A stretch of DNA of 64,000 nt from an uncultured Alphaproteobacteria bacterium (lineage in GTDB: Bacteria > Pseudomonadota > Alphaproteobacteria > Rhizobiales > Beijerinckiaceae). The stretch lies in NCBI GenBank assembly GCA_963775665.1, contig CAVZJZ010000057.1, positions 17,036 to 81,035 on the forward strand. Reading direction: 5' to 3'. This document shows, in pieces, positions 23,005 through 33,563 of the stretch. The notes below the pieces were generated by a model. That model was given only the letters and a program-made list of their open reading frames with translations, made no database searches and was not told the DNA's origin. Numbering within the stretch: the stretch's first letter is position 1; each line of letters begins with the position of its first letter. The position numbers and the translations under genes are program-made.

Positions 23005-23585
23005 ATGAAGCATCACAAGTTGAGACGGACGGCGCTCCTGGCGCTGGCGTTGGCGTTTCTGGCGGTCGCGACGGTCTGGGACGGCCTGATCGCGGTCGGG
23101 CGCCTCGTCGTCCGGCTCATCCCATGGACCCGGTTCAAGCGGGGCTTCATTGCGCTTGTCGACTGGCTGCCGGCGCCGGCTGTCCTGCTCATTTTCCTGG
23201 TGCCGTTCCTGATCATCGAGCCGACGCTGACGCTCTGCGACTCGTCGCGATGGCGATGGGCTACGTGGTCTCCGGGGCGATCCTCTGGATTGTGCTGAAG
23301 GTGCTGAGCATCGCCCTGATCCCGGCGATCTTCGATCTCACCCAGCACAGGCTCATGACGATGCACTGGTTTGTCATCGCCTATGACAAGGTGATGGCCT
23401 GGCATCACTACGCCGACCGGATTGTCGCGCCCTACAAGCACGCCGCCGCTGCGGTCGTGCGGCAATGGCGGCGGCGCGCGGCGGCGATGGCGACCCGCGC
23501 GCCGGGCGTCGCCCAGCTCGCCGCGCGGTTCGCCTCCCGCAAGCGCGCCGCCAACGGCCGCCCGCCGGCGCCGACGAACGCATAA
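23005..23585 (+). CDS. Hypothetical membrane protein (frameshifted)
   Basis: Hydrophobic segments continue across two frames (LIFLVPFLIIEP / AILWIVLKVLSIALI). Confidence 0.65.
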
Positions 23586-23666
23586 GACGCGGGACCTGTC
23601 CGGCGTTCCCAAGGCGGCTTGCGCTGGCGCCTTGCCCCGCAGGGCGACATGCGCCAAGGCTGAAAT

Positions 23667-24366
23667 GTGGTCCGGCGGCGCTCCCTCTTCCGCAGGCTGG
23701 CGCGGGCGCCGGCGTCATCGCGCTGGCGCTGGCCGGCGTGTTCATCGGCCTCGTCGCGCTCTATGCGTTCGCGCCTCCAGTCTCGACCCTCATGCTCGCG
23801 CGCTCGATCGAAGGCAGGGGCTACGAGCGGATCTATGTGCGGCTCGGGCAAGTCGCGCCGGTCGGCCGTCGCCTCCGTGATCGCGTCGGAGGACGCGAAG
23901 TTTTGCGCCAACGACGGCGTCGACTGGGGCGCCCTGCATGAGGCGCTGAGCGGCCCCGAAGGCCCCCGGCGCGGCGCCTCGACCATCACCATGCAGACGG
24001 CGAAGAACCTCTTCCTCTGGCCGGGCCGTTCGGTCATCCGCAAGGGCGTCGAGATCGGCATGGCGCTCGTGCTCGGCAAGGCCTGGTCGAAGGCGCGCAC
24101 GATCGAGATCTATCTCAACATCGCCGAATGGGGCGACGGCGTCTTCGGCGTCGAGGCCGCGGCGCGGCGTCATTTCCACAAGCGCGCGAGCGAGCTCAAT
24201 GCGCGGGAGGCGGCGTTGCTGGCGACCGCGCTGCCCAATCCCGGTCAAGCGCGACCCGGCGCACCCGAGCCCCCTCCAGCGCCGGCACGCGGCCGAGGTC
24301 ATGGCTCGCGCCGAGGACATCGGCGAGCTCACGGCCTGTCTGCCTTCCTCGATCATTCGCCCCTGA
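23667..24366 (+). CDS. mtgA: Monofunctional biosynthetic peptidoglycan transglycosylase (frameshifted)
   Basis: [46 protein letters not shown]. Confidence 0.93.
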
Positions 24367-24831
24367 GACGTCGAAAGACGTCCTCGACGGGATAGATAAT
24401 CTATACTCTCGCCCTCGCGCCGGGCGCCGCCTGGAACTTCGTCAAAACCGGAATTCTCCCTGTTATGCCCTGCTAACAGGGGAACGCGGGCCTCGCGGCG
24501 TTTTGACCTGAGGCATGAAAGCGCTGAATATCAGTCACTTGCGATGAATTGCTCACGCAATGGTTGAGCGAGATAACAGGGAGGCGGTCTCCCTGTTACG
24601 CCGCATAACAGGGCGAGGACAATCGGGGAAAACCGAAGCCAGAGACCGGCCTTCGCGCCCGCCCGAGGGCGCGAAAGGATAGAATTTCTATACTCAGCCG
24701 CCCGAAACCGCCCGAAACCGCGACCGGCCGGAACCGGCCGGAATGGCGCCTTTTTGGCTGGCCACTGAGGGATAAAATTCCTGATTTTACAACCGACTAC
24801 GAAAGACTCCTCATGTGTTACATGAGCTAAA
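24367..24831. repeat. Dispersed ~460-bp non-coding element, copy A
   Basis: Aligns by eye with the reverse complements of 53118-53538 and 54908-55089; e.g. AAAACCGGAATTCTCCCTGTTAT is shared by all three and AAATTCCTGATTTTACAAC by A and B. Confidence 0.9.
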
Positions 24832-24942
24832 CAACGGCCCCATATTGCGTCGCTCCGCTCCCGGGGCGCGGCTTTGTCTCCATCCAAAGAGTCCTGCTCC
24901 AGGATTCGCGGGATCAATCAACGGGTCTTTCTTGGCCTTGGC

Positions 24943-26393
24943 TCAGCTCCTCAACCAGATCATGAAGTCGACCATCCGCCTCGCCAGCGGCGAATAGGGC
25001 GGCTGCATGAACATCTGGACCGAGGGCATCGGTCCCTGCTGGAACACCGGCCTCAGCTTCGAGAAGGTCTCGAAGCCTTCGCGGCCGTGATAATGCCCCA
25101 TGCCGCTCGCTCCGACGCCCGCCGAACGGCAGATCGTGCTGAACCGCGTGCATCATCGCATCATTGACCGAAACGCCGCCCGACTGGATGTGCGCAATGT
25201 AGAAATCGCGAGTCGCCCGGTCGTGGGTGAAGGGGTAGAGCGCCAGCGGACGGTCGCCCGCATTGACCGCGTCCACGACCTCCTGCGGCTGGTCGTAGAG
25301 CCGGATGGGCAGGATCGGCCCGAAGATCTCGCGGCGCATGACCTCCATGTCGGGCGTCGGATTGAGGATGAGGTGCGGCGCGAACTTGCGCTTCGTCGCG
25401 TCGGGCGTCTGGCCTTCGGCGAGGTTGACGAGCGTCGCGCCCTTGGCGCGCGCGTCCTCGAGCGCCGCGGCCAGGCGATCATAGGCGCGCTGGTCGATGA
25501 TCGAGGTGAAATCCGGCCCGTTGACGTCCGGATAGCGCTTGGCGAACAGGCGCCGGCAATGGTCGACGAATTCGGCCTCCTTGCCGCGCGGCAGATAGAC
25601 GTGGTCGACGGTGATGCAGGTCTGGCCGGCGTTGAAGGTCTTGGCCCACAGGATGCGCTCGGCGGCGGTCTTGATGGGTAAGTCCGGCGCGACGATTGCG
25701 GGCGACTTGCCGCCGAGTTCGAGCGTCACCGGGGTCAGGTTTCGTGCGGCGCTGGCCATCACCGCCCGGCCGGTCTGGCCCGAGCCGGTGAAGAGCAGGT
25801 GGTCGAACGGCAGCGACGCGAAGGCCGGGCCGCGGCCGCCGCCGTCGTCGAAGAAGGCGAGTTTCTCCCTGGGGAAAGTATTTCGGCGTGATCTCGATCA
25901 GGAGCTCGGCCAGGCGGCGCGAATTCTCCGACATTTTCACCATCGCCCGGTTGCCCGCGCCGAAGATGCTGACGAGTGGGGGGAAAGTCAGGAAAATCGG
26001 ATAGTTCCAGGGAACGATGACGCCGACCACGCCGAGCGGCTGCGGAATGAGCCGGTTGCGCGCGCCGGCGAAGGCCAGGAGGTCCACCCCCCGGCGCCGC
26101 GGGCGCATCCAGCTCTTCAGGCGCTTTGCGGCTTCGTGCGCGGAGTCGAGCGTCACGAACAGTTCCCCGAACAGTGTCTCGAATTCGCTCCGATTGCCGT
26201 AGTCGGCATTGATCGCGGCGACGATCGCCGCCTGGTTGTCCTTGACCATGCGGCTGAGCGCCTTCAGATCTGCGACGCGCTCGGCATGCGTCGGTTCGGG
26301 CGCCTTGAGATAGGCGGCGCGCTGGGCGTCGAAGCAGGACTGGAACTCGGCCGGAATAGCGAGTTCGGAAGCGGGAAAGACGGGCGCGTTCAT
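24943..26393 (-). CDS. calB: Coniferyl-aldehyde-dehydrogenase-like ALDH (frameshifted)
   Basis: PQPLGVVGVIVPWNYP, LELGGKSP, NAGQTC, EIFGPILP, LPFGG. Confidence 0.8.
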
Positions 26394-26633
26394 GGGGTTG
26401 CCCCTTTTGTTGCGCGGGCCTCGCCCGCCGGTTGGCGTTTTCTTAAGGCCGGCCGTCGCCGGTCCGTGGCGCAGTCGGGCGCACATTTAAGCCCGATTTT
26501 GGGTGGGTCAATGGTCGGCGCCGAAACCGGGACTATCCCGGCGCGAGCGCCCGCTTGCCTTGCCGCCGCCCGCGCCCGGGGCCTATAGAGGGCTTTCGCG
26601 CGCTCCGCGAAAAGCGCCGCTCAGAAGGCCCCC

Positions 26634-28569
26634 ATGTCCGCCGTCGACGTCAAGCCGACCAGCAACCGAAAGCCCGGCGCCAAGGCCGACGCGCCGAACG
26701 AGCCGTTCAAGCGCTCGCTCGCCTCCTGCACGCGCGCGCTCGCGCGCCATCCCGAGCTCGAGATCTCCTTTTCGACCGACAAGCCTTCGCTCGTCACCGG
26801 GCCGGAAGGCCCGAAGGCGCGGCTGCCGGAGCCGCCGCGCAAGCCCAATCTGCGCGAGGCCGCCATCATTCGCGGGCTCGCCGATTCGCTTGCGCTCAGG
26901 CTCGCCTGCCATAACGACGCGATCCATCGCCGGCACGCGCCGCAGAATCCGGCCGCGCGCTCGCTGTTCGACGCGGTCGAACAGGCGCGGGTCGAGGCGA
27001 TCGGCGCGCGCCGCATGGAGGGCGTCGCCTCGAACCTCACCGCGATGCTCGACGACAAATACCATCGCAGCCCCTTCGCCGAGGCGCGCAGCCGCGACGA
27101 GGCGCCGCTCGAAGACGCGGTCGCGATGCTGGCGCGCGAGCGCCTGACGGGCCTGAAGCCTCCCGCCGGCGCGGAGCGTCTGACCGACCTCTGGCGCTCC
27201 TTCATCGAGGAGAAGGCCGGCGGCGACCTCGACAGGCTCAGCGACGCCATTCTCGATCAGCGCGCCTACGCCAGGCTCGTGCAGAAGCTTCTGACCTCGC
27301 TCGGCATGGCGAGCGAATTCGGAGGCCGACGCGGACGAGAGCCAGGAGAACGAGGAGAACAAGCCGCCCGAGGAGCCCGACGAAGCCGAAGGCGAGGGCG
27401 ACGAACAGCAGTCCGAGGATTCGATGCAGCGCGAGGCGGCGGACGACACCGCCGACGACGCGGACGAAGGCGCGATGGATACGGTCGAGGCGCCGTCGTC
27501 GGAGCTCGAGGACGAGGGCGACGCAGGCGACGCCGAGGAGGCGGCCGAAAACCGGCCGCCCCAGCCCAACAGCCAGGAACGGCGCGGACCGGACTACAAG
27601 GCCTTCACCACCCGCTTCGACGAGACCGTCGACGCCGACGAACTCTGCGAACCCGAGGAATTGCAGCGTCTGCGCGACTATCTCGACAAGCAGCTGCAGA
27701 ACCTGTCGTCGGTCGTCGCCCGCCTCGCCAACCGGCTGCAGCGGCGCCTGATGGCGCAGCAGAACCGCTCCTGGGAGTTCGATCTCGAAGAGGGCATGCT
27801 GGACACGGCGCGCCTGCCGCGCATCATCATCGACCCGCAGCAGCCGCTGTCCTTCAAGCGCGAGAAGGACATGGACTTCCGCGACACGGCGGTGACGCTG
27901 CTCATCGACAATTCAGGCTCGATGCGCGGGCGCCCGATCACGGTCGCCGCGACCTGCGCCGACATTCTCGCCCGCACGCTCGAGCGCTGCGGGGTCAAGG
28001 TCGAGATTCTCGGCTTCACCACGCGCGCCTGGAAGGGCGGGCAGTCGCGCGAGGCCTGGCTGCAGGCGGGCAAGCCCGCCAATCCCGGCCGCCTCAACGA
28101 TCTGCGCCACGTCATCTACAAGGCCGCCGACGCGCCCTGGCGGCGCGCGCGAAAGAACCTCGGCCTGATGATGCGCGAGGGCCTCCTCAAGGAGAACATC
28201 GACGGGGAGGCGCTCGACTGGGCGCATCAGCGCCTGCTCGGGCGCCCTGAGAGCCGCAGAATCCTGATGATGATCTCCGACGGCGCGCCGGTCGACGATT
28301 CGACGCTCTCGGTCAATCCCGGCAACTATCTCGAGCGCCACCTGCGCCATGTGATCGAGGAGATCGAGACCCGCTCGCCGATCGAGCTCATCGCCATCGG
28401 CATCGGACACGACGTCACACGCTACTACCGGCGCGCGGTGACGATCGTCGACGCGGAGGAATTGGGCGGGGCCATGACCGAGAAGCTCGCCGAGCTCTTC
28501 GACGAAAAAGCCGAGCCGCCGAAGCCGGTGAAGCCGGCCGCCCCGAGGCGAAGGCTGAAGGCGGCCTGA
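26634..28569 (+). CDS. cobT: Aerobic cobaltochelatase subunit CobT (frameshift near 27325)
   Basis: [14 protein letters not shown], acidic linker, [35 protein letters not shown]. Confidence 0.95.
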
Positions 28570-28660
28570 CGGGCCGCAGGGCTAGCGCGACTTCGTCGGA
28601 CGACAAATGGTCGGACGACAGACTTGGATGGCCAGGCGAACCTCCTATCTATGACCCGTC

Positions 28661-29323
28661 ATGAACACCACAACTCGCCGCCGGGTTCTTGCGTCTTCAA
28701 TGTCCGGTGCGGTCGATCTGTTTGGCGCCCTGGGCGGCTTGCCCGAGGGATTCCGCTATCATCCGGATCTCCTGCCCGCCGACGAGGAAGAGGCCCTGGC
28801 GAGCGAACTCGCCGCGCTCCCGTTTAAGCCATTCGACTTCCATGGTTACCAAGCCAACCGGCAGGTCGTGGGGTTTGGCCTTCGCTATGACTACGATCGT
28901 CGCGCCGTCGTCGAAGCCACGCCGCTTCCCGCGTTTCTCGTGCGGCTGAGAGCAAAAATCGCCGACAGCTTCGATCGGCCAGCCGACGCTTTCCAGCAAG
29001 TGCTGATCAACGAATATCGGCCCGGCGCCGGGATCGGCTGGCACCGAGACAAGCCGCAATTCGACGAGGTTGTCGGCGTGTCGCTGCTTGCGCCCTGCGC
29101 GTTCCGTTTTCGGCGCCGGTCGGGCAAGACCTGGGATCGCCGGTCGCTGACGGTCGAACCGCGCTCCGCCTATCTTCTGTCCGGGCCATCCCGGACGGTC
29201 TGGGAGCACAGCATTCCCGCTGTCAATCGTCATCGCTATTCGATCACCTTTCGAACGCTCGCAGCGAAGACAGCTGCCGAAAAGGCGTCTCGGTCCGATG
29301 GGGCGTTCCTCCCGGCGGATTGA
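28661..29323 (+). CDS. AlkB-like 2OG-Fe(II) dioxygenase
   Basis: INEYRPGAGIGWHRD (HxD), WEHSI, RYSITFR. Confidence 0.88.
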   Translation: MNTTTRRRVLASSMSGAVDLFGALGGLPEGFRYHPDLLPADEEEALASELAALPFKPFDFHGYQANRQVVGFGLRYDYDRRAVVEATPLPAFLVRLRAKIADSFDRPADAFQQVLINEYRPGAGIGWHRDKPQFDEVVGVSLLAPCAFRFRRRSGKTWDRRSLTVEPRSAYLLSGPSRTVWEHSIPAVNRHRYSITFRTLAAKTAAEKASRSDGAFLPAD

Positions 29324-29329
29324 TCGAAA

Positions 29330-29578
29330 TGGTCGTCCCTGAAACACTGGCCGGCGGGAGCCGGCGCGCTCGCGGGGATCGGCTTCACGATGTCCCGCTT
29401 CATCGCCGGCCAGGCGTTCCCGGCGGAAGCTGATTTCGAAGCCGCCAAAATCAGGATCTTTGCCGCATCTGTCCTCTCCGCCTTGATCGGCGTGACCCTG
29501 CTCTCGATTGCCGGGCGAGGCCTGGGGGAACGATCGGCGACTCCGTTGTTCGCCAAACTCGAGTCGAAGCGCGTTTGA
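29330..29578 (+). pseudogene. nhaA: C-terminal remnant of NhaA Na+/H+ antiporter
   Basis: [33 protein letters not shown] matches the NhaA C-terminal signature; rest of gene absent. Confidence 0.75.
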
Positions 29579-29709
29579 TCACAGTTGCGGGCGCCGCCCG
29601 CATTGCCGAATTGGGGCCGGCAGTGATACGAATTGCGCCGCGAGATGATTTCTGATCACGTTTTCAGGCGTGGTTCAGCAAAACAACTTTACGGGCGGAG
29701 GAAACGGCT

Positions 29710-30789
29710 ATGTCCCCAGGCAGGTATCTGGCGTGTGCGACCCTTGTGTTTGGCTTCGGAGTCCTGGCTTCGACAGCGCAGGCCGAGGACAAGATAACGA
29801 TCGGCTTCGTCACCCACTCGCAAGGCGACCCGTTCATCCAGCAGATCATCGACGGAGCGCAGGCGGCTGCCGACGATCTTGGCGTCACGCTCAAGGTGGC
29901 GCAACAGCAGGGAAGCGCGCCCGACGGTCAACTGAAGCTTGTGCAGACGATCGTCAATGCGGGCGCGCAGGGAGTCGCAACCTCGGTTCCCGGCGATTCC
30001 ATGGCCAACAGCCTCAACGACATCATCGCCGGCGGCGTTCCGGTCGTTCAGTTCAATCTCCTGAGCGCCGCGGTCAAGGCGCCGTATGTGGGCGAGAAGT
30101 CAACCCAAAGCGGACGCATCCTCGGCAAGGCGATCGTCGACAAGCTTGGCGGCGCCGGGGCGAAGGGGAAGGTCATCATCGGCAATTGTTTTCCCGGCCT
30201 GACGGTGCTCGAGAACCGCGGCAAGGGCGTGAAAGAGTCGCTCGCGACCGCTCCGGGCGTCAGCGTGCTGGGTCCGTTTGACGTCAAGGTCAGCGCCGTC
30301 GAGAACTACAATCACTGGGAGCAGCTCTACGCGGCCAATCCCGACGCTGTCGCTCTTGTCGGCCTGTGCGCCCCCGATGTCGCGAGCCTCGGCAAGCTCA
30401 ACGCGGCCAACGCCGACAAGTTTGTCGCCGGCGGCTACGATCTCACCGCGCAAAATCTGCAGGCGGTGAAAGACGGCCACGCCTACGTGACGCTTGGGCA
30501 GAGCGCGTTCGTCCAGGGCTATCTTCCCGTGGCTCTTCTTGTGCACGCCATTCAGAACAAGAAACCTCTCGAAGTCGGATTCTACAATGCCGGCACCCAG
30601 GCCGTAACCGCGACCAGCGTCGACATGGCGAATAACCTGCCGGCCACAACCTTTCCTGAGCTCCAGGCGATGGCGGCCGACCCGAAGGCGACCGCGGCTT
30701 TCTACAAGCCGTGGTCGAAATGCGTGAACGGCCCTGACGCCGGCAAGAGCTGCGCGCAGATCGAGCCGATCGCGGCGGAAGGCCAGTAA
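29710..30789 (+). CDS. Sugar ABC substrate-binding protein (CUT2, RbsB-like)
   Basis: Signal peptide; FVTH..GDPF..GAQAAA, GYDL, QGYLPV. Confidence 0.88.
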   Translation: MSPGRYLACATLVFGFGVLASTAQAEDKITIGFVTHSQGDPFIQQIIDGAQAAADDLGVTLKVAQQQGSAPDGQLKLVQTIVNAGAQGVATSVPGDSMANSLNDIIAGGVPVVQFNLLSAAVKAPYVGEKSTQSGRILGKAIVDKLGGAGAKGKVIIGNCFPGLTVLENRGKGVKESLATAPGVSVLGPFDVKVSAVENYNHWEQLYAANPDAVALVGLCAPDVASLGKLNAANADKFVAGGYDLTAQNLQAVKDGHAYVTLGQSAFVQGYLPVALLVHAIQNKKPLEVGFYNAGTQAVTATSVDMANNLPATTFPELQAMAADPKATAAFYKPWSKCVNGPDAGKSCAQIEPIAAEGQ

Positions 30790-30845
30790 CGCGAGAGCCG
30801 GGCGGCGCGGCGGCCAGCCCCGCCGCGCGCGCCTGGATCCAAGAG

Positions 30846-32366
30846 ATGGCCGACACACCGCTCGTCGCCGTTCGCGGCCTTCGTAAGCGCTATGGGGGCG
30901 TCGTCGCGGTCGACGGCATGAACCTCGCCGTCCGTCGCGGCGCCATTCATGCGGTGGTCGGAGAAAACGGCGCCGGCAAATCGACGCTGATGAAAGTGCT
31001 GGCCGGCGTCGTTCGACCCGACGCCGGCGAAATCGAGATCGATGGGCGCGCGGCGAAAATCGTTTCTCCGGTCGTGGCGCGCCAATACGGCGTCGGAATT
31101 GTGTACCAGGAGCTGAGCCTGTTCCCGCAGCGCTCGGTTCTGGCGAACCTGTTCGTCAACCGGGAGCCGCTGCGGCGAGGCTTCGTCTCCGTCCGCGCGA
31201 TGGAAGACCTCAGCCGAGACCTTCTGGACCGGCTCGGCTTGCGCGTCGACGTGCACATGCCGGTGAGCCGCCTCAGCATCGGCGAACAGCAGCTTGTCGA
31301 GCTGGCCCGCGTGCTCCTGGAGGAGCCTCGCCTGCTGATCCTCGACGAGCCGAACTCCGCGCTCACCGAGCAGGAAACCAAACGGCTCTTCGATGTGTTG
31401 CGGCAACTGAATCGCCGCGGTATCACGATGCTGTACGTCTCGCACCGGCTCGAGGAGGTCTTCGCCATCTGCGACTGGGTCACGGTGACTCGCAACGGCC
31501 GTGACGTCATGACGAGAGAGCGCGCGAACGTGACCATGCGGGAGGTGATCGAGGGCATGATCGGCGCTCCGCAGACGGAGTTGTTCCCGCCGCCCCTGCC
31601 AAGACCAGGCGGCCGCGAATCGTCTGCGATCGTGGTCAAGGGACTGAGCGGCGGCGCCTTGAAGGATGTCGACTTCACCGCACGCTCAGGAGAAGTCGTC
31701 GGTTTCGCCGGACTCGAAGGCTCGGGTGTCGCGACGCTGCTCGGCATGCTGTTCGGGACACAGCGTCCACGAGGCGGCGAGGTCACCTTTCCGGATTCGC
31801 GCGGCCTGCCGCGTGGTCCCACCGAAGCGGCCAGGCGCGGCATCGCCCTGGTCCCGGCAGACCGGCGGCGAAACGGCCTGATGCTCGACAAAAGCGTGCT
31901 CTTCAATATCAGTCATGTCGCGGTTGGCGCGCTGAAGAACGGCCTGCCGTGGTTCGACCATGGGACGGCGCTCGACCGCGCCGTCCGGCAGATCGACCGC
32001 CTGCGCATCAAGACGCGCTCCCCGCACGCCCTGGTGAGCCATCTGTCCGGCGGCAACCAGCAGAAGACCGTGCTCGGCAAATGGCTGGAAGTCGCGCCCA
32101 AGGTGATCCTGCTGGACGATCCCACACGCGGGGTCGATGTCGGCGCCAAGCGCGAAATCTATGCCCTCATCCGACGCATGTCGGCCGACGGGCGGATCAT
32201 CTTGTTCAGCTCGACCGAGCTGCCGGAGCTGATCGGGCTGTGCGATCGAATTATCGTGCTCTACCGCGGCCGGATCGCCGGCGAGATCAAGGGCGGCGGG
32301 ATCAACGAGCGCACTCTGCTTCACGCGGTCAACACCGGCGAAATCCCGCAGGTGGCCCTCCAATGA
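30846..32366 (+). CDS. Sugar ABC ATP-binding protein (two ABC domains)
   Basis: [33 protein letters not shown]. Confidence 0.95.
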   Translation: MADTPLVAVRGLRKRYGGVVAVDGMNLAVRRGAIHAVVGENGAGKSTLMKVLAGVVRPDAGEIEIDGRAAKIVSPVVARQYGVGIVYQELSLFPQRSVLANLFVNREPLRRGFVSVRAMEDLSRDLLDRLGLRVDVHMPVSRLSIGEQQLVELARVLLEEPRLLILDEPNSALTEQETKRLFDVLRQLNRRGITMLYVSHRLEEVFAICDWVTVTRNGRDVMTRERANVTMREVIEGMIGAPQTELFPPPLPRPGGRESSAIVVKGLSGGALKDVDFTARSGEVVGFAGLEGSGVATLLGMLFGTQRPRGGEVTFPDSRGLPRGPTEAARRGIALVPADRRRNGLMLDKSVLFNISHVAVGALKNGLPWFDHGTALDRAVRQIDRLRIKTRSPHALVSHLSGGNQQKTVLGKWLEVAPKVILLDDPTRGVDVGAKREIYALIRRMSADGRIILFSSTELPELIGLCDRIIVLYRGRIAGEIKGGGINERTLLHAVNTGEIPQVALQ

Positions 32367-32409
32367 GATCCCGCCGGCCGCGCGGTGGGATTTACGAAGA
32401 AGGAAACCC

Positions 32410-32742
32410 ATGATCCGTCGCGCCTTCACGATGCGCTTGAAGCCCGGCAAACTTGCCGAATACAAGCATTTTCATGACAACGTCTGGCCGGAGTTGGCGG
32501 CCGAGATCGAAAAGAGCGGCATCGCCTCGATGACGATCTTCGAGAACGATCCGGTCCTCTTCCTCTACTCCGAAATCGTGGACGAGGGCGCATGGGACAA
32601 ACTCTGGCGCACCAAGATTCATGATCGATGGTCCGAGGAGGCGATGAACCCGCTGATGTTCTTTCGTGACGACGGGATCGTCGACTCCACCACCATGCGG
32701 GAGGTGTTCCACCTCGAGACGCGAGCCGGCGCGCCTCGATGA
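32410..32742 (+). CDS. rhaM: L-rhamnose mutarotase family protein
   Basis: R.AF.M.LKPG..EY..HDNVWPEL; EVFHL. Confidence 0.8.
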   Translation: MIRRAFTMRLKPGKLAEYKHFHDNVWPELAAEIEKSGIASMTIFENDPVLFLYSEIVDEGAWDKLWRTKIHDRWSEEAMNPLMFFRDDGIVDSTTMREVFHLETRAGAPR

Positions 32743-33562
32743 CGGACCTCGGCGGGAAAGTTGCGGTGGTGACGGGCGCGAGCCGCGGCCTCGGTCAGCG
32801 CGCCGCCATTCGGCTTGCGGGCCATGGCGCCGTCGTCGTGCTGATCGCCCGGAGCGAAGCGGCGCTCGAGACGACCGCGCGGAGCATCATCGAAAAGGGC
32901 GGCCGCGCCGAGATCGTCCGCGCGGACTTGAGCGATCCACGGTCGCTCGACGCCGTCACCACGCGCACGAGCCGCATAGGCGCGCCGTCGATCCTCGTCA
33001 ATGCGGCCGGCGTCTTCGGTCCGATCCAGCTCATCAAGGACAGCGATCCAAAGGAATGGATCGAGACGTTGATGACCAACATGGTCAGCCATTACCTGAC
33101 CTGCCGGGCCTTCGTGGGCGGGATGATCGACCAGGGCTGGGGCCGAATCGTCAACGTGACCTCGGCGAACGCGCTGCATCCGCCCGGGCCGCTTCACAGC
33201 GCGTATGGGACGAGCAAGGCGGCGCTCAATCACTTTACCCGCCATCTGGCGGCGGAGATCGAGGGCAGCGGCGTCACCGCAAATGTCATTCATCCCGGCG
33301 ACGTCAAGACCGAGATGTGGGCCGACATCAGGGCAAAGGCCAGGCGAGTTCGGTCCGCGCGGCGGACGCATTTCAGCAATGGGCGGATTGGGTCGAGCAG
33401 ACCGGGGGCGACGATCCGGAGAAAGCCGCAGACCTCATCATCAACCTGATGGGCGACGAAGCCGCCGCGGTCAATGGACAGTTCCTGTGGATCAAGGACG
33501 GGTTGCAGCCTCCCATGCCCAGTTGGGGCGCCGCATCAGAATCGCTGCCGTGGCAGAAGTAG
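32739..33562 (+). CDS. SDR oxidoreductase (frameshift near 33350)
   Basis: TGASRGLG, NAAG, YGTSK. Confidence 0.9.
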
Positions 33563-33563
33563 T

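Noticed and set aside
24503-24531. TTGACC-N17-GAATAT promoter inside element copy A
   Set aside because: The -35 hexamer is not conserved in copies B and C
24450-24620. TAACAGGG repeats as a CRISPR array or plasmid iterons
   Set aside because: Repeats are only 8-12 bp, in mixed orientation and irregularly spaced; no cas or rep gene nearby
24531-24917. Similar short ORFs in element copies (CKIRNFIPQW..AAEYRNSIL at 24531-24917 and 53101-53379) as a protein family
   Set aside because: Starts, stops and lengths are not conserved and the similarity is explained by the DNA repeat; not fully excluded without dN/dS on more copies
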